From assembly GCF_009914755.1 (NCBI RefSeq), contig NC_060947.1: a stretch of 64,000 bases of DNA. One strand, written 5' to 3'. The stretch is from the human T2T-CHM13v2.0 reference genome, Homo sapiens. Of this stretch, positions 1 to 13,740 are shown in pieces (within the stretch, counting starts at the first letter, position 1; each line of letters begins with the position of its first letter). A model generated the notes under the pieces. That model saw only the letters and a program-made list of their open reading frames with translations. It searched no databases and was not told where the DNA came from. A program made the position numbers and the translations under genes.

Positions 1-126
1 TTTATGCAAATATGGTTATAACTTCCCAAAGAAACAAAAAATCCACCTTTGATTATTGTTCCTGGTTTGTTTCCTTTATTATGTAGAAAATCAGAAATGG
101 GTCGTTTTGCTCTCAACTTGGCTTCA

Positions 127-313
<187 letters not shown>

Positions 314-1490
314 ATTTAAGTCAGCCTTATGCCACGACCCACTTGATGAACACTTCCAAAAGCCTGTGCTTCCTGAAAGTCATGATATCATCTCCGTCAC
401 CTCTTTGTAATATAGGTTGTCAGCTTTCAAACAATGGTCCTCTGGTTCTCTCCAGCCACAAAACAATCAACTTCTTACTTAATAAAGTCTTTAAACCTAT
501 ACAAACCTGGTGTCCACTCATTTCTCTATACTAAGCACTTTAATCACAGTGCAAGATGTCACTGTCTGGAGGCACTTCTTGGCTTAGAGCAGATGGAGGA
601 GTGGAGAGGTAGAAAACTCCAGTGATAAAAACATGAAAGGTAGAAATCATGCTTATTATTTAAAATGTCTAATGTCTAAATGACATAAAGAGCAAACTCC
701 TTGCAGAGAATGTTCTCAGTACTGGTGGACCAGATGCTACTGTAGGAAGAACCTGCCCTATCCCTGACTTCCCTTAACGTTGGTGAGAAAATGGCAGTCT
801 TCACTCTGTTACTGACACTGTCAAGGAAGAGATGCCATAAATGTTAAACTATATTAAACAATTTTCAGACCCCCTCTCAATGGAGGATGTATGAGTCCAG
901 ACACCTCAGAAATATACATTTTACAGAATGATTCTATGTGAGATGGGAAGATAATGTAAGCTGTGAAAGGCTAGAACCTTCACTGGGGCTCAAGAACGTC
1001 AGTCTATCATCATGCCTTGGGGAAGTAGACCAGACCTTCAGATCTGAAAGGAGAAGGCCCTGCAAGTAGCAAAGAAGTTTCCAACAGCAGAAAGTAGAGT
1101 TGGCATATAAGGGAACAAGATAGTATTTATCTCAGGGAATCCCAGAATTGGGAAGAGGGGCATCCAGCTAGCTGCCTCAAAAGGATATAAACAATCCTTT
1201 GTGGCTTGGGGGCAAAAGAAATGGCTTTAAAAAGCTGTTCAGTGCTTCTCCTGGGATTCTTAGAATTATGGATTTTTAGACTCCATCCACTCTAATGACG
1301 TTTACTTTTTTTTTTTTTTTTCAGAGCAGTTTATTAGTTACCTTTGACATTCTCAGCTTTGTCTGTGGCTTGTGAGAGGCCAGTTCAGCATTAAAGTTTC
1401 AGAAGCCCAAGGGGGAAATAAAACCCCAGAAGGGGAGTATGCCCCTCTTACTCTCAAAAAGTTCTGCTGTTTCTTTTTAAAAATTTCCCA

Positions 1491-1815
<325 letters not shown>

Positions 1816-2881
1816 TTAAAAATTTCCCTTAAGGACTCTTTCTCTACTCATCCTTTGTATGCCTAGGTGGGCATTTTATTTCAATTAAGGGGTCATGTCC
1901 TTTACAGCCTGCTTGCCAGGATGTATCCATGACCTATGGATAACAATGGGCTGTGGAGAACCAACTGCTTTCAGGCATGGGCCCTGACCTATCTAGTTTT
2001 AGTTTCTGAGCACAGTACAGAGCCTTTGTTTCCTGCTCAGACTGTCTCTTCTGGAATAGGCTGTCCCCTTCAAGAAATTAGCAGATAGAACAGAGGCAAT
2101 TTTTAATCCTGTCAAGTGATGGTCACAAACTGAAAGTCAAGTAAGACACCAAGTAAAACAATCCTAGCACCCGTAATTGCTACAGGTCAGCACTCCTAGT
2201 GCTGGAAGGTTCTGGTTTAAGTGGAAATTTTCTTCTTGACAGCTTTATACAACCAGCTCCAGAGATAAGAATAAATATTAGAGAAATGCATGCCGCTATT
2301 TGCCTCCCCATCCCCACTTGTTCTGATATTTGGGGGCATACAGAAATTATAATTCATGACTAACATAGGAAAAAAGCATCAACTCTAGTGTAAAAATAGG
2401 GGCTGTAACTAACAGAAATCCATTTTATTTCAAGGAGCACCAGGTCAGAGCAAGTAGCATGGGCCAGGAAGAACACAGGTTGGTGTGTTCGGACCATCAC
2501 AGACTAGGGTCAGAGCACTATTTTTTATAGTTTATAACCCATCCAGTACCCCAATTTTGAGAAAGCTTAACCTAAAGCGTACCTGTAATATGACCCTGGG
2601 GAAGAACAAGATCAGTAGAAATATTTTAGAAGGGATAAGAGACTAATTCTCAAAATCTTAAAGAGCAAGATTACTGAAATTGAATGCTGGGGTTAGCTCT
2701 GAGTTTCCCAGCAACGAAGGCAATAAACATTAAAAGAAACACGCTGGATAATAGCATTCTCAACTTGTGATTAAAGAGAAGGTATCATTTTGTCAGGAGA
2801 ATCAAACTTATTCCTGGTGCCAAAACTATGAAGCACTGATTTTTACAGGATATGTAGGAGCAGTCTCCACAGGACAGTGTC

Positions 2882-3014
2882 ATATATATACATATATATA
2901 TATATATACACACACACACATATATATGTATATATATGTATATACATATATATATACACGCACACACATATATGTATATATATGTATATACATATATATG
3001 TATGTATATAGAGA
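2882..3014. repeat. (TA)n/(CA)n/(TG)n compound microsatellite
   Basis: Alternating purine-pyrimidine tract read directly. Confidence 0.97.
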
Positions 3015-3820
3015 GACATTTTAAAAAGTCAAGTTAATTGGGATATACTTTCCATTCAGTAAAATTTACTCATGTCCATTTCTTTTAATAGCAGCTGGGG
3101 ATACCACATTGGAAGGTAGGCCAGTAACAGCTAAGCTAAAGTGGCAAATGGGCGGCCTTTCTGTGATCTAACCTGATCCTGGAAAGATGGTGAAAAACCA
3201 GGAGGCATGAATTTGAATGCAGGCCTTGGACCAGTGGCTCCCTAAAGCACCTGCTCATGGGACAATAGGAAGGATTGCTCCCACTGGATCACCTTGTACC
3301 ATTGCATTTGGGGCTTTCCTTGGCAGCCCCTTCCCTAGCACAGCTCACCTGTCTGGATCCTGCCCTCTCATCAGCAGTGTTATCTGCTGTCTACATCCTT
3401 TTGGGAGCTAGGGAGACTTAGCCAAAGGCTGCAAAGAAGCACTCTGATTTTCCTTGGGTTTCTTTCTAGTTCTTTGTTCAGGACTCATGGGGTGTTGCTC
3501 TGTTGTCCAGCTCTAGCACTTGTTTTCTTTTATCATCATCTACTTCCACTATGTGCAATTCTTTTTCTATGCCTCCTAGCAATTCCTCATGAAACCTATT
3601 CCTGGGAACAGGGCATTGGCTCATCACCTAAACAATAAATTCAATGATTTGATGCTCTCTGAAGACTAAGAACCCACTTTTTTCTTTCTTGTCTATAGGT
3701 TACCGAGGAGCACAGTAAAGAAGTAGATATCTTTTCCCAAAGGCATATTCACCTGTAATCAAAGAGGACACACACAAAAAGGTACCAGAGCAAACAGAGG
3801 CTCCCTCTTAAGACCTTAAC

Positions 3821-4084
3821 AAATTAAAACCCATATTAATTAATTCTCTGGCCCTTTATTTGCTTCTGGATTAAATATACTAAGGTGATTTTTCATTCTG
3901 ACCCAGGTTGTCACAAGCTCAATAATTCACTCAGGGAATTCTGACATCATGTATTTGGCCCTGCATGTCTATGGAGTCAAAAGGAATAACTCATTAGCAA
4001 GCAAGATATATTAATTAAACTTTTGTAAATTTACACTCATGAAGGATGCTAGCTCCATCCAGATTGTTGGAAGGAGAACCATGC
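3821..4084 (+). repeat. Diverged direct repeat, copy A (unclassified, candidate regulatory element)
   Basis: Collinear blocks shared with 4987-5256: TGGCCCTTT, GGTGATTTTTCA, CACAAGC.CAATAATTCACTC, ATTCTGACATCA, GGAGTCA, CTCATTAG, TATTAATTA, CTTTTGTAAAT, GATGCTAGCTCC, CATCCAGATTGTTG. Confidence 0.9.
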
Positions 4085-4986
4085 TCATAGTTACTTGGCA
4101 AATGTGGAGCCAGTGTAGGCGGTGTGACAAAGTATTGAAGCAGATCTTTAGCAAGCGCACGAGGGCCTGTGTTGTACCCAATGCATGCTGGTCCTCTCAA
4201 AGTTGTTACCCAGAGAAGCTGTATACAGATTCCAAGGATACTGCTGGCGTTCACATTTCCAGAGCTGTTCCCTGGGAACTATCTTCATAGACAGTTATGA
4301 GCCACATGAGAAATATCACTCATGACTGTGTAGTCACACCTCACTTCTGGCCCCCAACCATAGGACCCAGTCTGATCATCCAATTAGTACATCATCATTA
4401 CCTTCTCAGGACATTTGACTGATTCCCAAAATTCAATCCACTCTCAAAGGACAAAGATATCTCTCAACCAAGCAGAGTCAAGAGAACATGCTACAGCTGT
4501 CAAATGTACTAACCAATACAGCAACATGCAAATGTTGAATATGTTGAAGAAATCAGCACCCTTTTCCATTATGTCAGTTCTGCTATGTTTGTTAAAAATA
4601 AATCCATTGCATTCCTTTATTCACTATAGTGCTTTGACATCATTTTCCCTTTGATTAGAAATCAATCCTAATATTAGTATTCCTAGATAACTGTTCATTA
4701 ATTTTCACAGTAGATATAGGTGAAAGGACAAGATACCAAGCTGAAATGTTCCCTGCCACCAACTTTTAGCTCCTCTCAGCATGTGGTCTTTCACTGACTT
4801 CTTTAATGAAAACAGTTCTGCTGACAGGTGAGAAAATGGATTCATATGTCAGTGCTTTCAAAGGTCCATTAAATATAATGTTATTTAAAAGCATATTAAC
4901 TATCCTAACCAGTGTCAGACAACAACTAGGGAAGTGCAGGAGCTTGAAGACTAATGTAGATTCTTAGGATGCTGAATGCAAATGTA

Positions 4987-5256
4987 AATCACAACCCTCA
5001 CTAATTAAAACTTTGGCCCTTTGATTGCTCCTGGAGCAAGTTCACAGGGGTGATTTTTCATCTCTGCTTGGGTTGACACAAGCCCAATAATTCACTCTGG
5101 CATTCTGACATCACTTGCTTGGCTCTGCTTGTCTGTGGAGTCAGAAAAAGTATCTCATTAGGGAATGAGAGGTATTAATTAGGCTTTTGTAAATAGCAAC
5201 AGTGTGTGATGCTAGCTCCTGATTTCATCCAGATTGTTGAGAAGAGTGCCACATGC
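4987..5256 (+). repeat. Diverged direct repeat, copy B (unclassified, candidate regulatory element)
   Basis: Same ordered blocks as 3821-4084, offset about 1165 bp. Confidence 0.9.
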
Positions 5257-6413
5257 AGAGCTGAAAACCTGGAGCTCTTATTCTAAGCCATCACACCAGT
5301 CCCCCCAAGTGATTGGTATGCCTTGGTTCACACAAATGAAAAATAGGATAAAAATAATCCAAGCTTGCCACCTGACTTCACAGAGTCATGATGCTTATAA
5401 GTGGGAAATGGCAGAGTACAATAATATTTTTTATAATTAAAATGTGGTGATGATTCTGGTGCTATACTCATTATGGCAGTATAGGCCTTATTGTATAAGT
5501 TCACAGCTCAGATCTACTGTTGTTGCAATAACAACCCACTTACCACCTGCTACGGGCAAAATGCTAGTGATACAAAGATATATCTATTATGTGTTCCATA
5601 CTTTCAAAGAAAACTACTGAATTGTAATATGGAATTCTAGGACACTCCAATGAGCCATCTTCCTTGACCCTTCAAGCTCAGTCATAGAATGTTTAGAAGA
5701 AATAAAGAAATAATTAGTCCACACCAGTCTGGCTTTCTGCATCCCTTCTAGACCAATATGAGTCCTCTGTTGTGACCATTGTATTCAGCGCTTTTCGTTC
5801 TTTGCCAGTCTTGAGCTTCTTTGCCATGCCGCCTGTATGTCTTCTGTCCACTTATCATCTCTCTTTCTCTGGGCAATTTGGAATAGGAGTTGAGACCAGG
5901 TGTCTTGGGGAACTCAGCAGAAGGGGAAGGGAGGAGGAGTTTTGATGGTCCCCTCAATGCACTACTTTCTCCTGGGAGAAGGCAGGATAATAAAAAAGGA
6001 GAGCCAGGGAACCATGCTCATTTGGATATATATGTTCTGCTATGTTAAAGCAGAAGCCTCATTACCTTATCATGTTGCTGGGCTTAATGAAGGCTCTTGC
6101 TGGAGGAACAATCGTACCTAGGGGCAATATAAACATTTATTGGCCCCAAGAAGGGCACTCTTTCAGCCGCTGGGGGAGGGGAGAGTTAATGGAGAGTGGC
6201 AGCTGGCGGATCAATACTTCTCTGAATGAATTTGATCTTAAGTGACACCCCTTTGGAATAAAAAAGGGCTGACTGGAAATTATTCAAGGTTATCAGCTAA
6301 ACGATAGTTTCTAGAGTATTCAGGTGCAACATTTGGAACTTAAACCAGTGGCCCTACAAGAAATCATGACAAAAGCTGTGTTGTCTATAACCAGCCCAAA
6401 CAGAAGACACTAG

Positions 6414-6773
<360 letters not shown>

Positions 6774-7042
6774 TAACTCTGTTGTGATTTTACAGAAGGT
6801 TCCTGAAATATAAATTTAAGCTAGTTATAATGATTTTAGCAGAGCAGAAAAGCCAGGGGATGGGGATGACAGGAACCTTTCTCCTAGGCTCCACAGAGCC
6901 AAAAGTAAGAGAGCTATGAAAACCCATGAAAAATGACATGGTCTCCAAAATAACATGTAATTGAAAATATATGGTCATAATGGTATGAAACTATTGATTC
7001 AAAATGTAAGAAACAATTATGAAAATTACAAAAGTACAGTAC

Positions 7043-7418
7043 TGCATTAGTCCATTCTCATGCTGCTAATAAAGACATACCCAAGACTGGGTAATTTATA
7101 AAGGAAAGAGGTTCAATTGACTCACAGTTCAGCATGACTGGGGAGGCCTCAGGAAACTTACAAGCATGGTGGAAGGGGAAGCAAACACATCCTTCTTTGC
7201 ATGGTGGCAGCAAGGAGAAGTGCTGAGCAAAAGGGGGAAAAGCCCCTTATGAAACCATCAGACCTCCTGAGAACTCACCCCCTATCATGAGAACAGCATG
7301 GGGTTAACCACCCCCATGATTAAATTACCTCCCACCAGGTCCCTTCCACAACAAGTGGGGATTATGGAAACTACAATTCAAGATGAGATTTGGGTGGGGA
7401 CACAGCCAAACCATATCA
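7043..7418 (-). mobile_element. THE1 (ERVL-MaLR) solo LTR
   Basis: TGCATTAGTCCATTCTCATGCTGCTAATAAAGACATACCC...GAGATTTGGGTGGGGACACAGCCAAACCATATCA; 5-bp TSD AGTAC at 7038-7042 and 7419-7423. Confidence 0.95.
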
Positions 7419-7730
7419 AGTACTCATTAAAGTAATCTAGTTTGAAGAGACAGTGATGCAAATCTGAAGCTTAAAGGCCCTTGGTCCTCTTAGCTAGCAG
7501 AATAAATTTCAGCAAGTCACAGAATTCTTAGATCTAAGCTCTAGCTAATACAGGTGCTCAGTGAAGAGGCAGAAGGCAGAAAACTGCCTTAACTGTATGG
7601 GCTTCAAAGACAGCTAATCAATGCAAAATATATCTTGAAACTGCATAAGAAATGATTCATAGGTTGAATGTCCCAACTTGTAAAATGTGTCCTTCCTGAC
7701 CTTCCAATACTGATCCTCAACCCCTTCATT

Positions 7731-7774
7731 TACCTCCTGGTCATCTGTCCCATACCTCCTGGTCATCTGTCCCA
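7731..7774. repeat. Perfect 22-bp tandem duplication
   Basis: TACCTCCTGGTCATCTGTCCCA x2. Confidence 0.95.
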
Positions 7775-8444
7775 AGCTGGAATCAACCCTCCTTCATCCT
7801 AGTGCACAGATCGAGAGAGAAGGTTCGGGTGAACATTTAAATTCCTGTTTGAATCCCATTATTCAAAAATGCCCTTGGAAAGCACAGCTTGGTATGGCAT
7901 TTTGGTGGGAGATGCCATATCAAATAGATAAGTAATTAGCCAGAAATCGGTACAAACAACTGCTTGTCTCCACAATCTGCCTGATAGGAAGTCTGTTGCT
8001 GTAGAGGTATTATAAATTAGAATCTACAGCATTTTTTTAAGTCAAATTGCTGACTTAACCATTCAGGCTTTAACTACAGCTAATCGATACAAAAGTGTCC
8101 TCAAACAGTCTGGGGACCCCATTGTTTGCTGCTGGTTATATGAAGCTGGTTGTTACAAAGAGCAAATGAAAAAAAATTCCCCTTAATCTCATTTTGAATT
8201 ACTGGGAAGCTTAATATTACATTTTAGAAAATTGAAATATTTGACGTACCTCTATGGAATACAATTTATAGTTAGACAGGAAGCATAATATTCCACTTTT
8301 GTAACTTGATTCTAAGTACAAGTCATTGAATTAAGTTATATTGAACCAGATTATCCCAATGTCTAAACTCCCCTCTGGTTAAGAGCTGGGCTCTAGAGAA
8401 AGTTATTTAACACTTTCAGATCATGAAGATACTTCAGTTTGAAG

Positions 8445-8659
8445 CAAGCTTGTACAAACCGCAGCCTGCAGGCTGCATGCAGCCCAGAATGGCTTTGAAT
8501 GCAGCCCAACACAAATTCGTAAGCTTTCTTAAAACATTATGAGATTTTTTTCGCTTTTTTTTTTAAGCTTATCAGCAATCATTTGTGTTCGTGTGTTTTA
8601 TGTGTAGCCCAAGACAATTATCCTTCTTCCAATGTGACCCAGGGAAACCAAAAGATTGG
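8445..8659. mobile_element. MER30-like hAT-Charlie MITE
   Basis: GCAGCCCAGAATGGCTTTGAATGCAGCCCAACACAAATTCGTAAGCTTTCTTAAAACATTATGAG...CCCAGGGAAACCAAAAGATTGG matches the recalled MER30 consensus. Confidence 0.85.
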
Positions 8660-8666
8660 CTTAAAG

Positions 8667-8980
8667 CAACGGTTGACAAACTCTTTATGTAAATGGCCAG
8701 ATAGTAAATCTTTTCAGAGTTGCAGACTCTGCTGTTACAGTACAAAAGCAGTCATACACAACATGTAAATGAATGCATGGCTGTGTTCCAACAAAACTTT
8801 ATTTACAGACATTGAAATGCGAATTGCATATATTTTTCAAATGTCACAAAACATTGTTCTTAATTTTTTCACCTGTTTGAGAATATAAAAACTATTATTA
8901 GCTTACTGGCCATACCAAAAACAAACAAACAAACATGTAATGGACTGGATTTGGCCTGGGGACATAATTTGCCAACCTCT
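8667..8980. mobile_element. MER58B-like hAT-Charlie MITE
   Basis: GGCCAGATAGTAAAT...GGCTGTGTTCCAACAAAACTTTATTTACAGAC...GGATTTGGCC...TTTGCCAACCTCTG. Confidence 0.8.
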
Positions 8981-9799
8981 GATGTAAAACCCTAAATTGG
9001 CAACTTCCCTAGGAAATGGAAAGAGTCTTCAATTTCCCAAAGTACTAACTTCCAAAACAGAAAGTAGTTGAAGCTCTGGGAGATTCAGCTGTTTTATGTT
9101 CAAACATTAGCTGTTTATCCCAGAGAATGTAGGAATTTTGAAAAAAGAGTCAACTTTGGTTTGTTCCTCATACAGAGGTTTCTCCCTTAACCTCTTCCTT
9201 TCTCCTTAGCCTGTTCTCTTTATCTTCTTCTGTTTTGTCTCCACCCCAGTAACAACAGTTTATTTTTCGTGTTTTTGGAATTCAAGAGAAGTATCTAGAA
9301 ATCCATTATCAGCATTTATTCCTGACTTTAAATCTTCCATTGATTTGTCTCCTATATCTCCTCACTGTACCTTAAGTCTATTCCCATTCTGAGACAATTT
9401 TATTTTACACCCAGAATATTTTAATGTTTTTATCTATAAATCCTTTAAGAAATTACAGGAACATAAAGTGAAACCTTTCTCAGCCCTCTTTTTAAAAAAG
9501 GAGTTCAAACTCCTCTTTGGGTAAGGGATCCCAGTCTACAACACACTGTCCTTTAAAATGCCACCAGTAGAGCCATGGATAACAATGGGAGTTCAACACA
9601 AGATGTTATGGTGAAAAGCACTATGCAGACTATAAAGTGGTATCTATGTTATCGTTGGTCGCATTATTATGCCAAGTGCCAAGGATGCTAACTTGTGAAA
9701 GTGAATTTTTGTGAAAGAGGCAATGTTTTCACTGGGCTACTGGAGTTATTCCCAAGAGACAGATGAAGTACTGCTCCCATCGAAGAAGGCAAAGCAGCT

Positions 9800-9950
9800 G
9801 GATTGTAGACCCGATTCTAGCTCTGCTTCTGCTAAGGACCAGTCGAGGACAAAGGGTAAGTCATTAACTTCTGTGAGCCTTCCTACTTATCTTGCAAAAT
9901 GGAAAGGTTTGGGCAGACCCTTAAGGGCTCTTCCATGTTATGATCTCTAA
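9800..9950 (+). mobile_element. MIR/MIR3 fragment
   Basis: Core GGTAAGTCATTAACTTCTGTGAGCC...ATCTTGCAAAATGG. Confidence 0.65.
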
Positions 9951-11145
9951 GGGTTTGGGCTGTAAATGACAACAGAGGAGGAAAATGAACCTTGCTGAGC
10001 AACTACTAGGTGCTACCTCTTAACGTCAGAAAAATGATCACATGAAATAACTCCCTTAACCGCTCTTGTCTGGTTGTCCCTAGGCATTATAGGAGCAAAG
10101 CAGGTTGTGGTTCCACAGTCAGTTACTTCATGTGTCAAGATTGCCTGGTTGCTGCCATGGTCTTCCCCAAAACAAAGTTTAGATCTTTCTTAAAATTTGT
10201 TACTATTTATTACATATCTGGAAGGTTAAGCACAGCGCAACCCCAAACAAGAAAAAGTCAATAAGCCCTAATGTTGTTTTACAGAAATGTCTCTATGGGC
10301 TGTAGTATTTGAATGCTTTGGGCAAAATAAAACCCTTCAGGACAAAAGCTACTTCTAACACATCATTGAAAAGGCAACAACCGCTGAGGGCTTTCTCTAT
10401 TCTTTATCTTGAAATCCAGGCAGTTTCTCCCCAGTTCTGTTAAAAATAAATCTCTTTACCCTCACTAGACAAATCTTAATAAGTTGCATATTTTTAACAG
10501 CTCCACACTCCTTGGGTATCTTGTCTTAGTCTGACAAGGTACAACATCATGAGTGATCCATATGTGAGGGACAAAGGGGCACTGTGGCTGGCAGGTGTTA
10601 CCCTCTGACTTCTGCAAGGCTCAAAAGCACTGGCTAAAACCCATCGGGTGAAGAAACAACAGGAAAAGTATCTGTTTTCAAGTTTGTTGCTTGGAGTCCG
10701 GGAGACAGGGGAAGTTAGTTGTTTATAGAACAATTTATGGTTACAATTTCAATGGCTGATTACTTGATTTCTTCATCCAGCTCTTAATCACAGATCAAAC
10801 ACTGGTTCCAATAATGAAGTAATTTTAGGCATGATTACAGTCTCCTACTGAGGACTTTTGCCTAGGAACAAGGAGCTCCCAGCCCACGCTCAGTTTAACA
10901 ATGATCAGGACAAGTGATGCAACTGCAGTTCTTCCGCCCGGGTGACACAGCCCTTAGGACTATCACTTCCCCGCTTTCACACTGAGAGTTGTTTGCTCAG
11001 TGTGGTCAGTGCAGTGATGGTGAGAGTATGGTATTTATCCATCACAGCGCCAACCCGCTCCCTTCTTTGCTCCACAGTTAAGCTACTATTATCTTTGGAA
11101 GAAACAGCTGTTTTCTCCTTCCCCTGCTTGACAACCGTACGCAGC

Positions 11146-11620
11146 TCCTTATTGCCTACTTAATCAGGTCTATGTCTCAGCATGGCTTTCAATACCCTCC
11201 GAGATGGAACCTGGCCTTACATATTTTCTAAATGCCACACCACAACCCTTCCCAGATCCTCCATGCTGGTCCTTGCCTCTGGGCCTTTACAAAGCCACTT
11301 TCTCTAACAGGATAGCACTTCCCCATCTTCTCCTCTCCACAAAATCCTGCTTCTCTTTGAAAACCCACATCTGCCTTTCCTGTTGAATAGTCTTCTCTAC
11401 AGCCTCAGGCAACAACAAATTGCTTCCTCTTGGCTCCACTTTGCTCAGACCTGATTATATTGCACTGATTCATAGGCTCTGTCTGTACCTTTCTCACTAT
11501 TTCCACCTTCTGTGGATTGCAGGCTTTTTGAGGGCATATGGACCATGTCTCATGTCCCTATTTCCCCCAACTCCTTTACACCCAGGCTGTGTGGTTCTCG
11601 GCAAATGTTTGTTGAATGAG
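11146..11620 (+). mobile_element. L2 3' fragment
   Basis: Pyrimidine-rich body ending CAAATGTTTGTTGAATGAG, as in L2 3' ends. Confidence 0.6.
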
Positions 11621-12734
11621 CCTGGATGGCATATAACTGTTAAGTGTGTATTTGATTTATAGCAGAGGGGGTAACAGAAAAATCCTCTTTTGTAGGGGTA
11701 TGAAATGACCTCCTCCACTCCCGGTAGAAATAGCTACCTATTCTTGGCCACACTCGTGATACCATTTTCCCTCCCACATAGGTAAATGTCTCATATGACG
11801 AATATGGTAGATATCAGGACAGGCAGAGCAGACCCTGTGGACTGACCCAGGTGATAGGCTACAAGTCACAATTACTTTCAGGAGATAGAGGGCTTGAGGT
11901 CTAAAACTCTGACATTTGCAGGCAGAGCTGGTTTAAGAGCAATACTAGAAATGGGATCAGAGTCCTGCCACGGCTTCCTAGCCATTGGTGTAGAGGCCGA
12001 TGCTGCAGAAGTGACCTTCATAAAATTCTCAGACAGCAAAGAAAGCAGGATTTACTAGTGGTGTCAAAAGGATCTAGGAATAAAGAGTTTCAGGGAAGGC
12101 CAACCTTCTCTAACTGGTGTCTAGGGAAAGATCTCAGAGGGCAGAGCCTGGAAGGGGGGCAAGATACAAGAAGAAAAGCCATTCCTACAGTGGTGTTTTG
12201 AACTCCAGTAGATAGTTAAATAAAGGAGAGGCGATAAAGGAGATGAAGGTTGAGCTCAGTTAAAATTATTAGGGAACCCCATGTTCAATGTGGTTCAATG
12301 TGGTTTTTCACCACCAGCCGAGTGTTAACTATCTAAACCACCTGTTAAATATCTGTCCCTAAAGTCATTAAGATTTTGCTTGAACCCAAGGATAGCTTTT
12401 GAATTTAAATAGCCCTTCCAGTCTAGAAAGGGGATTTTAAAAGGGAAGTGAGCTAGTAAATACACAAGCAGAGATTGAACTTTCTTATCTCCCTAAGACA
12501 CTGAGGATGGTCTCAGCCTCCCCCACAACCTGTGTGCACTGAAAACCTCTAAATCACATGTACAGCACCATGTCACCCGTCAATACTCAGGGAATGGGTC
12601 TACAATAAATGCACAGATTTTGTTTTTCAAACATATTCCCTGAGAAAAACTGAGAAAGCAATCACAAACATTCAGCAATTTAACGTGTTTTAACATAACC
12701 AATTGTTTGAAAATAAGACTCGTGCCCTCATCCC

Positions 12735-13740
12735 ACAAACACTGAGTGCCTACTGGTGCCAGGCACTGTGGAGGGTACTAGACAGACAAAAATGAATGAG
12801 ACAACAGCACCAGACTCGAGCGGTGCACAGCCTGGTAAGGGATACAGATGATTCAAAAACAATGTGGCTCCTCTTCTACCACTTGACTGCAGCTGCCCTC
12901 TAAAAAGTCATCAGTGACTTCCTGCTGGCCAAGACCAGTGACCTCTTTTTAAGAATTGGACTCCTTGGCAATCCTATTCCTATGACATTTCAAGAAAGAC
13001 TGGAATGAACATAAGGACCCAGCCCTGCAGATATCTAGGGGAAGAGCATTCCAGGTAGAAAGAGGAGCAAATACAAAGGCCCTGAGGCAGCAAGAGGCCT
13101 GGTATATTTAAGGTAAAGCAAGGAGACCAGTGTGATTAGAGAAAAATGGGCCTGAGGCAGGGTAATAAAATATAAAGTCAGAGATGGAGCTTGCAGGAAC
13201 CTTGCAGGGTTGGTTGTTGAAGGAGATGGAGAGCCACTGCTGGGCTGGGAAAAGAGGAATGACAACATCTCAATTAACATTTTAAAAGGGTTATCACTGT
13301 GGTTAGACAAGACTGTAGGGGTCCAATAAAGGAAGCAGGGGAGCCAGCTAGTAGGCTTTTACAGAAGCCCATGTAAGAAATGATGGCGGCTTGGACTAGG
13401 ATGACAGAGCTGATGGTGGCGAGAGGCGGTCAAATTCCAGATATATTATGCAGGTGAAGTAGACAGAATTTGCTAGTGGATTAGACATGGCCTGGGGGAG
13501 AAAAAGATATGCAAAAGATACCTTGAAGATTTTCCCCTGAGCAACTGGTAAGGACAGAGATGCCACTCACTGAGGCGGGGAAGATTGGGAGAGGACCACG
13601 TTCTGGGGAAATGTCAGGAGTTTGTCTGGGGGCAGGTGAAGTTTGAGATCCCAACTAAACCTCCCAGTAGAGACAGGAGTGGTGTGAGAGTTGCAGGAGT
13701 CTGGACCCCAGGGACGAGGTGGCGCTGGAGATATATGTGG
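12735..13740 (-). mobile_element. L2 fragments (mostly antisense)
   Basis: GAGTGCCTACTGGTGCCAGGCACTGTG; GCAGATATCTAGGGGAAGAGCATTCCAGG...GCAAATACAAAGGCCCTGAGGCAG...GATGGAGAGCCACTG...GTTTGAGATCCC. Confidence 0.8.

Noticed and set aside
1280-1330. T16-CAG acceptor-like site
   Set aside because: A poly-T tract alone explains it; no convincing donor follows
2767-3024. YI/HT-rich ORFs
   Set aside because: Translations of the (TA)n/(CA)n microsatellite
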